A stretch of 64,000 bases of DNA from Escherichia phage skuden, in sequence record MN850585.1; one strand, 5' to 3'. Position numbers and translations under genes: made by a program. Numbering within the stretch: the first letter of the stretch is position 1; every line of letters begins with the position of its first letter. Shown here piece after piece: positions 45,042 to 53,663 of the stretch. A model generated the notes under the pieces. It saw nothing but the letters and a program-made list of their open reading frames with translations, did no database searches and was not told where the DNA came from.

Positions 45042-45584
45042 TCAGAAAAAGCTCTTTAAATCCTCTTCTGCGATGTTTCCCGTTAGTGTGTCCATGATGT
45101 CGCAAAAAACCTGAATACTGTCGGACTGTTGAACACTTTTAGCGAGAAGCTCCAGAGACTCATCAAGATAGTTTAAATTCGGGTTATCCAGTGAAGGGAG
45201 ACAAAAAGGCGAAAACATAGCATTAAATTCAGTGATGTAAACCTTTTTAATCCAATTTAAATCGAAGTATTCTGTAAAACTTGCTACGCCAGCCATATTA
45301 TCACAAGAATAATCATCATTTAGCTCATCTTCTGGAATATCAAGTTCCAAGATAACAATGTTTTGAGTTTTCATCTGGAAAGCTGCGGTGATAGCGGCAT
45401 TACCTAACGCTTGCTGGATACCTTCAGAGATTATCTCTTCCTCATCGTCGCCATAGATTTTATTTTCTGGGTACACGTAAAAATTGCCGTCCATATCCGA
45501 ACAATTCCATGCACCTGATGGCTTGTCACCGTTATTAATCAGGTTGAGGAAATTTTCTTGAGTAGTACCGTGAAAGCATTTCAT
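45042..45584 (-). CDS. hypothetical acidic protein (cassette-array gene 6)
   Basis: 180 aa. Confidence 0.5.
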   Translation of the reverse strand: MKCFHGTTQENFLNLINNGDKPSGAWNCSDMDGNFYVYPENKIYGDDEEEIISEGIQQALGNAAITAAFQMKTQNIVILELDIPEDELNDDYSCDNMAGVASFTEYFDLNWIKKVYITEFNAMFSPFCLPSLDNPNLNYLDESLELLAKSVQQSDSIQVFCDIMDTLTGNIAEEDLKSFF

Positions 45585-45669
45585 TTTTGAATCTCCAGTT
45601 TAGGATTTAGTGGTAAAGCTCTTTATCTGGGGCTTACTTTATCGAACTATAAGCCCCTTGTAAAGTACT
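45585..45669 (-). repeat. intergenic cassette family B (hairpin GGGGCTTA-13 nt-TAAGCCCC, palindrome AAAGTACTTT, conserved RBS)
   Basis: about 85-bp element, near-identical copies at 46395, 48239, 48585, 49056; variant at 47635. Confidence 0.65.
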
Positions 45670-45873
45670 TTATTTGTTATTTTTTACAACTTTTAAAACC
45701 GCACGATAACCTAAGCAATAAGAATCACCGAAAAGAGTCCTACCCATGAAAGAATCCTCTTTTATATCCTTTGCAGTGACAGTTTTTTCTACGCCGTGAA
45801 AGAGAACTACATCACCAACTTTAATATCTTTGATGTGTGTAGTTTCAATGGTTAAACCGTTAATAATAGCCAT
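45670..45873 (-). CDS. small hypothetical protein (cassette-array gene 7)
   Basis: 67 aa. Confidence 0.5.
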   Translation of the reverse strand: MAIINGLTIETTHIKDIKVGDVVLFHGVEKTVTAKDIKEDSFMGRTLFGDSYCLGYRAVLKVVKNNK

Positions 45874-45950
45874 TTTTGAATCTCCAGTTTAGGACTTTAT
45901 TTAGTGGGGAAGGTCATTCCCACCCCGTTGATGTGTAATTTACTCTATCT
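45874..45950 (-). repeat. intergenic cassette family A copy
   Basis: GTGGGGAAGGTCATTCCCACCCCGTTGATGTGTAATTTAC. Confidence 0.65.
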
Positions 45951-45974
45951 AAAAACCAGTGTCAACAAAAATTT

Positions 45975-46394
45975 TTAGAGTTCTGCATAAATTGCATCAC
46001 AGACATCACGAAAATCGTGATTTGTCAAATTACGTTGTAACCAAGTGGCAAAGAAATCAGCGATTGCAAAATTAGCGTCATACTCGACGGATAGCCATAC
46101 TTTAACAGCAAACCGAAACATTTTCAAATCAAGCTCTTTATTCATTACCTTAGATTTGCCTAACATGTCGGACATTTCATATTGTGCACCGTCTAGCGTG
46201 ATACCTGCTGCAACGTCAGCCAATGAGTTTTTTACGTTTTCAACGTCTAAGATAACGCTTTGAATCTTCCCAATAATGTTGTGCAATGTCTCATCAGGCG
46301 CTGATGATGTCAGAACATTAATCCGGTTAACGGTCAAACGCGCTTTTAAGATTGATAACTCACGGTTATTAATAGCCATTTTTAAGTTCTCCAA
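45975..46394 (-). CDS. hypothetical protein (cassette-array gene 8)
   Basis: 139 aa. Confidence 0.5.
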   Translation of the reverse strand: MENLKMAINNRELSILKARLTVNRINVLTSSAPDETLHNIIGKIQSVILDVENVKNSLADVAAGITLDGAQYEMSDMLGKSKVMNKELDLKMFRFAVKVWLSVEYDANFAIADFFATWLQRNLTNHDFRDVCDAIYAEL

Positions 46395-46465
46395 TTTAGG
46401 ATTTAGTGGTGAAGCTCTTTATCTGGGGCTTACTTTATCGAACTATAAGCCCCTTGTAAAGTACT
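46395..46465 (-). repeat. intergenic cassette family B copy
   Basis: conserved B-type sequence. Confidence 0.65.
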
Positions 46466-46738
46466 TTATACTAAATGCAGCTTTTTACCTTTTACTATGA
46501 TGTAACTCGATGCGCTATTGCTTTGCACATCCTGATAAATTCTGCGCAAACGGCCTTCGTAGTATACTTTCCAACTGGTTGGAATCTTTTTCCCATATCC
46601 TGTAGCAGTTTTTTGTAGTCCTGCAAGTTGCCAATCTAAGATATGTTGTTCGGCTTGTAAATCCTCGAAGTGCATTACACCGTTCACATAGTGACGAAGG
46701 GTTACGTTTAAGGTGCGACCGTTGTTAGTAGTATACAT
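46466..46738 (-). CDS. hypothetical protein (cassette-array gene 9)
   Basis: track ORF 46466..46780; probable start MYTTNNGRT at 46738 with AGGAG RBS. Confidence 0.45.
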   Translation of the reverse strand: MYTTNNGRTLNVTLRHYVNGVMHFEDLQAEQHILDWQLAGLQKTATGYGKKIPTSWKVYYEGRLRRIYQDVQSNSASSYIIVKGKKLHLV

Positions 46739-46762
46739 TTTAAAAGCTCCTAGTTTAAGGAT

Positions 46763-46921
46763 TTTATTTTGACAGTTCACTAATTAAGACATCAAAGATT
46801 ATATCATTATCTGCTACAGTTGCAACACCAGTGATATAATCAATTTCTAAGATAACAACAACTTTCGTACATAAACCGTCATCTATATCATTCCAGACAA
46901 CTTTATCACCTGCACAAAACA
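46763..46921 (-). CDS. small hypothetical protein, 52 aa (below ORF-track cutoff)
   Basis: hand-translated MFCAGDKVVWNDIDDGLCTKVVVILEIDY...; preceded by family A cassette and conserved RBS. Confidence 0.4.
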
Positions 46922-46995
46922 TTTTTTGAATCTCCAGTTTAGGACTTTATTTAGTGGGGGAGGTCATCCCCTCCCCGTTGATGTGTAATTTAATC
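46922..46995 (-). repeat. intergenic cassette family A copy
   Basis: GTGGGGGAGGTCATCCCCTCCCCGTTGATGTGTAATTTAATC. Confidence 0.65.
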
Positions 46996-47011
46996 TATCT
47001 AAAAACCAGTA

Positions 47012-47344
47012 TCAAGAATTTTGTTTTCGTTTGCTCAATTCTTGAACAATTACAGCGTAGTAGTCTTTTAAGTCACTGATATTTAAAGCATTTATCAGAG
47101 AATTATAATCATCAACTAACTGGAAATCATCTTTGAAGATGTCACTTACCTGATAGGTTTTTGCCTTATATCTGAAGCTCATCTCTAGCCGCTTTATTTG
47201 CTCATCACTTAAACGCCCCAGAAAGCTCTCTACAAGGTTATTGCTAACCTGCTGTGTAATTGCCTTATTTGCTAGATTATAGGCTTTATATGCCTTATAA
47301 AGCGCGAAAATGGCAATGATTGCAGTGATGCCAGTCATTAACAT
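47012..47344 (-). CDS. small membrane protein (cassette-array gene 11)
   Basis: 110 aa; N-terminal TM MLMTGITAIIAIFALYKAY. Confidence 0.5.
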   Translation of the reverse strand: MLMTGITAIIAIFALYKAYKAYNLANKAITQQVSNNLVESFLGRLSDEQIKRLEMSFRYKAKTYQVSDIFKDDFQLVDDYNSLINALNISDLKDYYAVIVQELSKRKQNS

Positions 47345-47634
47345 GGTGTTTCCTCTTTACGTGATACTTTGCCATTTACAGTTATCTCATAGGATTCTAA
47401 TAAGTCGTTTTTAGACTTTACAGGGCTTTTAAAAGTATTATCGTAAATATTGACTTGCAATACAGGGTTTTTATACTCCCTACAACTATTCCATAAGCAA
47501 ATCACTACACGACGGCCTTTTATTTTTCCGTGTAACCATTCCATAACATCATGGCTATTTCTTGATGTCTCGATAAAATCAATTTTGTTAAGTAACTTGC
47601 TTAGATTTTCACGGACTTTATTTGATAATTTCAT
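47338..47634 (-). CDS. hypothetical protein (cassette-array gene 12)
   Basis: 98 aa. Confidence 0.5.
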   Translation of the reverse strand: MKLSNKVRENLSKLLNKIDFIETSRNSHDVMEWLHGKIKGRRVVICLWNSCREYKNPVLQVNIYDNTFKSPVKSKNDLLESYEITVNGKVSRKEETPC

Positions 47635-47725
47635 TTTTGAGTCTCCTAGTTTAAGGGTTAATTTGATAAAGCTCTTTATCTGGGGCTATCATATCAGCTT
47701 GTTAGCCCCGTGTAAAGAGGTCTAT
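47635..47725 (-). repeat. intergenic cassette family B variant
   Basis: shares RBS and AAGCTCTTTATCTGGGGCT core; hairpin arms diverged. Confidence 0.55.
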
Positions 47726-48238
47726 TTAGTTCTTAAAGATATTCATCACTGAATCTTTTAATGCTTCCAAACGTTCTAATACTTCAGCCTCTGCGTCTGA
47801 ATTGCTCACCTCTTCTTTTAATCTATCTTCTAAATCCTCACCGTCACTATAGCACCAATCAAAGGCATATCCTAGATAAAAACTCTCTAAAACCGTGTTG
47901 CCATTTGCGTCGATAACTTTCGCGGCAAGGTTGTATTCTGAAGCTTCTAAATCTCTTTCTAGTTCTTTCTGTAAGCTGATGTAAGCCTGTTTTGATGGGT
48001 TTTCCCGGCCTTGTTTTGCATAGTCACTAGAAAGCTGTTTAAGGCTATAATTTAAAGGGATTGCATATTTAAAATCGTTACGCTGACAGTTAGGATTTTT
48101 AATAGTCACGCCGCCTTGATGGTCGTCTGTAAATTCCCAGCCATCAAGATTATGGCTTGCTTCATAACAGTTTACGGCTTCAAAGATGATAGAAAATTTT
48201 TCTTTTACAACTTCAAAGGTAGCTTCTGCAGTTTTCAT
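47726..48238 (-). CDS. hypothetical acidic protein (cassette-array gene 13)
   Basis: 170 aa. Confidence 0.5.
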   Translation of the reverse strand: MKTAEATFEVVKEKFSIIFEAVNCYEASHNLDGWEFTDDHQGGVTIKNPNCQRNDFKYAIPLNYSLKQLSSDYAKQGRENPSKQAYISLQKELERDLEASEYNLAAKVIDANGNTVLESFYLGYAFDWCYSDGEDLEDRLKEEVSNSDAEAEVLERLEALKDSVMNIFKN

Positions 48239-48326
48239 TTTTGAATCTCCAGTTTAGGATTTAGTGGTAAAGCTCTTTATCTGGGGCTTAAGATATCAAC
48301 TTTTAAGCCCCTTGTAAAGTACTTTA
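48239..48326 (-). repeat. intergenic cassette family B copy
   Basis: conserved B-type sequence. Confidence 0.65.
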
Positions 48327-48584
48327 TCAGATTAAATTGCCAGTTAATGATAAGTGCATTTTATAACCTTTTTTGGTAAAAACGTTCACTTTACCGAGTG
48401 ATTTTACACCTTTAAAAAGGTTGTTTGAACTACGTTTTAAGGTTAAATGTTTATCAACCTTTACACCCCATCTTACAGCAGATTGTTTCCCGTTGTCAAC
48501 CACTTTCCCACATAACTTTTTAGCCATAACGCGAGCGTCATCACGAGTTTTTGCAGGAACTACAACGTTTTTGATAATAGCCAT
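48327..48584 (-). CDS. small basic protein (cassette-array gene 14)
   Basis: 85 aa. Confidence 0.5.
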   Translation of the reverse strand: MAIIKNVVVPAKTRDDARVMAKKLCGKVVDNGKQSAVRWGVKVDKHLTLKRSSNNLFKGVKSLGKVNVFTKKGYKMHLSLTGNLI

Positions 48585-48674
48585 TTTTCAGATTCTCCAA
48601 TTTAGGATTTAGTGGTAAAGCTCTTTATCTGGGGCTTACTTTATCGAACTATAAGCCCCTTGTAAAGTACTTTA
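48585..48674 (-). repeat. intergenic cassette family B copy
   Basis: conserved B-type sequence. Confidence 0.65.
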
Positions 48675-49055
48675 TTAGTTAATTTTGAAAATTGTCACAT
48701 AACCATCACTCCCGATGATTTGTGATACCCCAGCTTTTTCTACTTGATAGCCCATGTTTTCAAGATGGTAAACAGCATCATCATAACCATATGCGCCACC
48801 CTGATAACGTCGCTTATCACATTTTATCAGGTTTTTACCGCGTCCAGCAAGTGCATTCAGTACGGCTTTTTCACTTGAAAGTGTACCATCTATCATGGTT
48901 GCCGTGTAATGGTTGATTTTATTCCCATTAATATCATACTTAAAATTGAATGCGTGAACAATAATCAATTTACCGTTAAATTTTTCATCAAGTGACTTCT
49001 CCAGTGCGTTGCGAAAGTTGTCTTTGTTGATGAATTTAGGTGCACGATATGCCAT
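48675..49055 (-). CDS. hypothetical protein (cassette-array gene 15)
   Basis: 126 aa. Confidence 0.5.
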   Translation of the reverse strand: MAYRAPKFINKDNFRNALEKSLDEKFNGKLIIVHAFNFKYDINGNKINHYTATMIDGTLSSEKAVLNALAGRGKNLIKCDKRRYQGGAYGYDDAVYHLENMGYQVEKAGVSQIIGSDGYVTIFKIN

Positions 49056-49141
49056 TTTTGAATCTCCTAGTTTAAGGTTAGTTAGTAAAGCTCTTTATCT
49101 GGGGCTTACTCTATCGAACTATAAGCCCCTTGTAAAGTACT
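49056..49141 (-). repeat. intergenic cassette family B copy
   Basis: conserved B-type sequence. Confidence 0.65.
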
Positions 49142-49348
49142 TTATTTATCGTAGTAGTAAATTGCTGTCTGTCTTATGTACTTTCTTGTATTTCTTGTAA
49201 GGTAGCAATTAGAGTTTATAGCTGTTTCTACATAGTTGCAATAGTCAGCTTCTGATATTCTAGACCATACGTCACATACTTGCATGTAAAAACGTTTTGC
49301 CTTTGTGTTAACGTTGGTTGTAACCATCAATTCGCGACTGTACATCAT
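49142..49348 (-). CDS. small hypothetical protein (cassette-array gene 16, first in transcription order)
   Basis: 68 aa. Confidence 0.45.
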   Translation of the reverse strand: MMYSRELMVTTNVNTKAKRFYMQVCDVWSRISEADYCNYVETAINSNCYLTRNTRKYIRQTAIYYYDK

Positions 49349-49589
49349 TTTGGATTCTCCAGTTTAGGAAGTTGGCTTGCTTGCCCGTCTGATGCAAATA
49401 TTAGATAACCATACTCAAAGAGTCAATAGGAATTTTAAAAATATTTTTTGCAAAGATTGTAATGAAACGGGTGCGCGCGACTACCACAAAACAGAACTAC
49501 AATCAAGAATTATTTTTCAATCCGCTACAAATTTTTCTGTTGACTTTTATTTCCAGATGTGGTAGCCTTGTGAGAAATGGCGACATCCC

Positions 49590-49790
49590 CACCTGCACCC
49601 ACCTACCTGCACAATTCTAAAATGATTTTTCTTGCCCGACCTGAGCGGGGTCTGCACGTTTTGAAAATGAAAAAGCTCTTTGGAGATTACCTGCACAGTT
49701 TGAAAATGAATTTTCTCTTTGGAGTTCAAAATTCTCTCTACAGATTTCTCTACAGAACTCTACCTGCACAATTCTAAAATGAAAAAGCCC
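49590..49790. repeat. four degenerate direct repeats of about 25 bp containing CTGCACA(A/G)TT(C/T)(T/G)AAAATGA
   Basis: copies near 49604, 49650, 49693, 49759 in the intergenic region upstream of the cassette array. Confidence 0.6.
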
Positions 49791-49855
49791 TCCTTACCTG
49801 AAAAATTTACCAGATAAGAAAGGCTTAGTCTATTGTGAATATTCTACAGGGTTTC

Positions 49856-50641
49856 TTAGTTCTTTGCGTCTAAGAAGGTAACTTCTGGTGAAGAGAAAAT
49901 TTCCTCAACATCCTCATCAGTTCTTGCATAGATATATGTATCTGCATCACTGCCAAATGTTACTGCAATCCTGTGATTGCTCTTCGACAGGTGGGTAACT
50001 AGAGCGTTACTTAGAGACATCTTTTCAACCGGAGGGTTACTTTGATGTACCTTACCTTTTCTTCGTCTGAAGAGGGTAACTGTGTCGTCTATGAACACTA
50101 CTACACCTGCAAAGTATTCTGGTTCACAGTAATTCTTCCAACCTGAGCGTAACTTGTGGTACATCTCTCCTTCGTAGACATACAGATAAACATCTACACT
50201 CTTCATCACCTGATTAATGATAACTGTGACGGCTTGAGGGTCTAGTCCACCGATACCTGCACCAATCATAGGTAAGCCAACTTTCTTCAACTGATTAACT
50301 TCACAGTATCTGTTAAGTTGCTTCAAAGATGACTCTAAAGCACTGTATCGGGCATCTTTACCAGTCTTAAGCTGAGTGTAAAGATTGGCTATACGGCCTT
50401 GTTTTAAACGTGCTACAGAGAAATTGCCTAGCAAATTTTCACAGGGTTTGTGACCTATACCACCTGCATACAGATAAACTTCTGTATCGGTCTCATATGC
50501 TTTTGGGTAAAGTTTAGAAATCTTATCAGCGATACCTGCACCCATTAAGTTCATACAGTTGCAACCGTGACCAATAATATCAAACTTACCTTTATCAAAT
50601 GCTGAGAAGATATCCCCATTGATGATTTTTACAATACCCAT
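49856..50641 (-). CDS. macro-domain protein (ADP-ribose binding/hydrolase fold) with C-terminal domain of unknown function
   Basis: 261 aa; GDIF...DIIGHGCNCMNLMGAGIADKI and GLPMIGAGIGGLDP match macro-domain motifs. Confidence 0.6.
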   Translation of the reverse strand: MGIVKIINGDIFSAFDKGKFDIIGHGCNCMNLMGAGIADKISKLYPKAYETDTEVYLYAGGIGHKPCENLLGNFSVARLKQGRIANLYTQLKTGKDARYSALESSLKQLNRYCEVNQLKKVGLPMIGAGIGGLDPQAVTVIINQVMKSVDVYLYVYEGEMYHKLRSGWKNYCEPEYFAGVVVFIDDTVTLFRRRKGKVHQSNPPVEKMSLSNALVTHLSKSNHRIAVTFGSDADTYIYARTDEDVEEIFSSPEVTFLDAKN

Positions 50642-50842
50642 TTAACATCTCTCCCAAGATTCTTTATCCTCTGAAGGTTTTACACGTTGCCCTTCGTGGT
50701 CTACCCAGATACACCCACAACCTTCACAGATTACTGGCATTGCATAACCAGCTTTAAAGTCGTCTTCAGTGATAAGACCTTTTAAGTCACCTGTATCACG
50801 TCCAAACATTTCGATAGAACAGTCTTTGCAGAAGTCAGCCAT
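50642..50842 (-). CDS. small Cys-rich protein
   Basis: likely start MADFCKDCS at 50842; Cys pairs CxxC...CxGCGC. Confidence 0.4.
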   Translation of the reverse strand: MADFCKDCSIEMFGRDTGDLKGLITEDDFKAGYAMPVICEGCGCIWVDHEGQRVKPSEDKESWERC

Positions 50843-51062
50843 TGATAATTGCCTCTTGAATGATGATACCTTTACCACAACGACTTTTAAAGTCTTCCAA
50901 TGGCTGGGAGATAAAGCCACGTAAGCAATAACTGAATGCTAATTTTTTCCTGTAGACTATCACATCATTTGCTGTAAAAGGAATCACTTCATTTCTTCCA
51001 ATAAATACTGCTGACCGGATAATTTTCCGTGTCTTTTTATCTCTGGCTAGAATTACTTTCAT
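50835..51062 (-). CDS. hypothetical protein
   Basis: 75-aa ORF. Confidence 0.35.
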   Translation of the reverse strand: MKVILARDKKTRKIIRSAVFIGRNEVIPFTANDVIVYRKKLAFSYCLRGFISQPLEDFKSRCGKGIIIQEAIING

Positions 51063-51363
51063 AATTTACCTTCTCAGTCAGTTCATACAAGTCAACATGC
51101 TCGATGCTGTCTATGTTGATATCAATCTTTTTGAAACGTTCCATCACTTCATTGTCAGTCATCCATATCAGACACCAATGATTCTGGATGGATTCTTCAA
51201 GAAGCTCAACACAGTCTTTAAAAGTTTTTGTATCACTTCTTGTTCCGACTACTGCGATTGTCCCATACAACCACTTACCATTACCATAAGATACTTGTGC
51301 TACGCCAACTTCTTTATCTTTCTCGTAGTAAACGGCTACAAAGTCTCTTCCATTAATCTGCAT
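51037..51363 (-). CDS. hypothetical protein
   Basis: track ORF 51037..51402; internal start likely to avoid 50-nt overlap. Confidence 0.4.
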   Translation of the reverse strand: MQINGRDFVAVYYEKDKEVGVAQVSYGNGKWLYGTIAVVGTRSDTKTFKDCVELLEESIQNHWCLIWMTDNEVMERFKKIDINIDSIEHVDLYELTEKVNYESNSSQR

Positions 51364-51667
51364 TTGTAAGTTCCTCTGTTGGTAATTCACCATTCTCAGC
51401 AAAGTATTGAAGGTACGGCAATAACTCTTTTACCTGTTCTTGATTGAGCTTCATTCTTTGGTTACCTACAAAGTCTTTGCCTACTAACGATGAGATATCA
51501 AGTGTTTTCCAGCCACCATCTAGGTACTGAACAGAGACCTCTTTAGCACCTAACCAGATACATGGTTCATATGATGAACTTTCTTGTAAAGTACAAATTT
51601 CCCCTTTAGCATCTTTAAATTCTGCATAAGAAAATCCACGATTTGTTGGCTGGAATTGCATAATCAT
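51353..51667 (-). CDS. hypothetical protein
   Basis: 104-aa ORF. Confidence 0.45.
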   Translation of the reverse strand: MIMQFQPTNRGFSYAEFKDAKGEICTLQESSSYEPCIWLGAKEVSVQYLDGGWKTLDISSLVGKDFVGNQRMKLNQEQVKELLPYLQYFAENGELPTEELTNAD

Positions 51668-51933
51668 TTCCTCGTTTTAAGAACTGCTAAGATTTCTTTA
51701 GAGTCTGGTAAGAACCATGTGTAGTGATTCTCTTTGATTTCTGGATGAGTGTCAACCTTTATTTTGCACTCTTTACCAACATGCTTTAGTTGTGCTGTGA
51801 TACCTTGCATAAAAATATGACACATCACATTATCCATAATGGTCGGTGAGAAATCAATTCGCATATAAGTTTCTTTTGGTCGTGGTAGCAGTAAGTACCC
51901 TTCTACATAGAAAGTGTCTTCATTCTCTGTCAT
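51664..51933 (-). CDS. hypothetical protein
   Basis: 89-aa ORF. Confidence 0.45.
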   Translation of the reverse strand: MTENEDTFYVEGYLLLPRPKETYMRIDFSPTIMDNVMCHIFMQGITAQLKHVGKECKIKVDTHPEIKENHYTWFLPDSKEILAVLKTRK

Positions 51934-52199
51934 TGCTGTTTGTTCCCTAATAAAATCATATCAATAAGGTTATTAGCTTTGATTGTGCACTGGTAAAAAC
52001 CATCACGATAAAACTCAAGGGCTGCTGCCACATCACTACCAGTATTACCTTTGACAGTGAATCTTGACTCTTCTTGAGTGTACTTGTCACTCTCACTTAC
52101 TTGGGAGTTTTTGAATGTACTGTTCACTTTGTTCGTTGAACACCCTGACATAATTATCAGTAACACAAACATTATAAAACTCTGGCTTAGTTTTTTCAT
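51930..52199 (-). CDS. outer-membrane lipoprotein, o-spanin candidate
   Basis: 89 aa; signal peptide with lipobox-like ...IIMSGC; overlaps 3' end of upstream TM/coiled-coil gene out of frame. Confidence 0.5.
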   Translation of the reverse strand: MKKLSQSFIMFVLLIIMSGCSTNKVNSTFKNSQVSESDKYTQEESRFTVKGNTGSDVAAALEFYRDGFYQCTIKANNLIDMILLGNKQQ

Positions 52200-52440
52200 A
52201 TGTTAGTACCTCTTTTGTATGCTTATTCTTAGCAAGCACATCTTTCAAATCGTTTTTGTAATTGGCGCTTAGTGTGGCTAAACCTTCCTGATAAGCATCT
52301 TTAGCAACACTTATGAGCTTTTGATTGTTTAGCTCAGTTTCAGCAACTTGATAGTCTCTGTAAGAGTATCCTCCCCAGACACCTGCCCCAACTAAGAAAA
52401 CAATTATGAAAGTAGCTTGACAGAACTCTTTAAATGTCAT
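52093..52440 (-). CDS. i-spanin candidate (N-terminal TM, periplasmic coiled-coil)
   Basis: 115 aa; TM FIIVFLVGAGVWGGY; alpha-helical remainder; overlapped by lipoprotein ORF. Confidence 0.5.
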   Translation of the reverse strand: MTFKEFCQATFIIVFLVGAGVWGGYSYRDYQVAETELNNQKLISVAKDAYQEGLATLSANYKNDLKDVLAKNKHTKEVLTYEKTKPEFYNVCVTDNYVRVFNEQSEQYIQKLPSK

Positions 52441-52458
52441 TTAACAATCTCCTGAAAT

Positions 52459-52480
52459 GAAAAAGGCTCCCGAAGGAGCC
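52459..52480 (-). terminator. rho-independent terminator
   Basis: minus-strand RNA GGCTCC-TTCG-GGAGCC then TTTTT. Confidence 0.6.
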
Positions 52481-52492
52481 TGTATCTTAACC

Positions 52493-52957
52493 TTAACCGA
52501 GGACTTTAGCAAGGACATTTGCAGCCATCGAAGAAGCTTTTGCAGCAGCAGCTACCCCAGCTTTGACAGTGCTATCCTTGATAGCAGATACCGTTGCAGC
52601 ATCAGTAAAGAGATAAGTAGTTGTTTTAGAACCACTTGTAAAGGAAAGCATGAGAGCAGTTTCCAGATTGAAAGAGCGATACGGAGCACCTTCTTTAACG
52701 ATACCTTCAGCACCTAACTCTGAAGCCATACCCATATCATAGATAGTCATCAGGTTTTCTTTGTGTGCAGTCGTTGAACCAGCACCTTTGACGTGTTTCT
52801 TAACATTCAGAAGAGCACGGTATTCTCGGATGTTACCATCTGCTTTTACATTGACAGCACGGAAGATTTTACCCTCAAAGTTGCTTTTGATAATGTTACG
52901 AACTACTTCAGATTTGTTTGCCGTAACGTCCAGTGCTACCGTAATGATATTGTTCAT
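52493..52957 (-). CDS. hypothetical protein
   Basis: 154-aa ORF, Ala-rich C-terminus, biased codon usage. Confidence 0.45.
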   Translation of the reverse strand: MNNIITVALDVTANKSEVVRNIIKSNFEGKIFRAVNVKADGNIREYRALLNVKKHVKGAGSTTAHKENLMTIYDMGMASELGAEGIVKEGAPYRSFNLETALMLSFTSGSKTTTYLFTDAATVSAIKDSTVKAGVAAAAKASSMAANVLAKVLG

Positions 52958-52967
52958 AAGTTTTCTC

Positions 52968-53663
52968 TCAATGTTTTACTAACATAGTTTTAATGTGCGG
53001 AAGGATTCTGTTTACCTTCTGAACATTCTTCTCTGTATCTTCTATAAAACATACTATATCAAAGTAAGGAAGAATGCAAGACTGAATCATCCTAACTTTC
53101 AAACTTTCTGCATTTATAGAGTTAGTTCCAAAACCGCGCATAAAAAGCATGTAATCGTGCTCTATGTTATGCCTTAAGAACATCTCAGTAGGTATTCTCT
53201 GAGATTCACCTCTCGCTGTCAAGAGTCCAATGGCAGCGTGATTAGCAATTGCATCAATAATATTGAAAACATACGTTGGTTTTGCTCTTACAGAGTCAAG
53301 AAGATTAGTGTACTGAGAGAATGACCCATCAGTCAATTCCGTTGAGCAATCTTCGTGATTAAAATTTGTAAGAACACCATCAATATCTGCTAAGATGAGG
53401 TTACCTTTTTCTACAAGGTCTTTATTGACTATGACTAAACTGTCACGTCTCACACCTATAGATTGTCCAGTCTCTTTGTCCACAACGTTCACAATTGGTT
53501 CTGATGTGTGGAACTCTTCAAGTGAACATACAACTTCTCTTGCAGTGTCTTCAAAATCCCTGCACTGTTCTGGAGTCCATATACAGGAATCAAGACCTAA
53601 CTCATGAGGATGCAAGTCGTAAGCATGACACAGTACTTCATCAGACTTTCTTAATTTTTTCAT
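52968..53663 (-). CDS. HAD-superfamily phosphatase-like protein
   Basis: 231 aa; motif LILADIDGVLTNF (DxDG); precise activity unknown. Confidence 0.45.
   Translation of the reverse strand: MKKLRKSDEVLCHAYDLHPHELGLDSCIWTPEQCRDFEDTAREVVCSLEEFHTSEPIVNVVDKETGQSIGVRRDSLVIVNKDLVEKGNLILADIDGVLTNFNHEDCSTELTDGSFSQYTNLLDSVRAKPTYVFNIIDAIANHAAIGLLTARGESQRIPTEMFLRHNIEHDYMLFMRGFGTNSINAESLKVRMIQSCILPYFDIVCFIEDTEKNVQKVNRILPHIKTMLVKH

Noticed and set aside
43164-49141. Cassette hairpins as simple sigma70 promoters
   Set aside because: No consistently spaced -35/-10 pair could be found; the only good -10-like hexamer (TATAGT in family B) has no upstream TTGACA at 16-18 bp. The promoter idea is unsupported by sequence alone.
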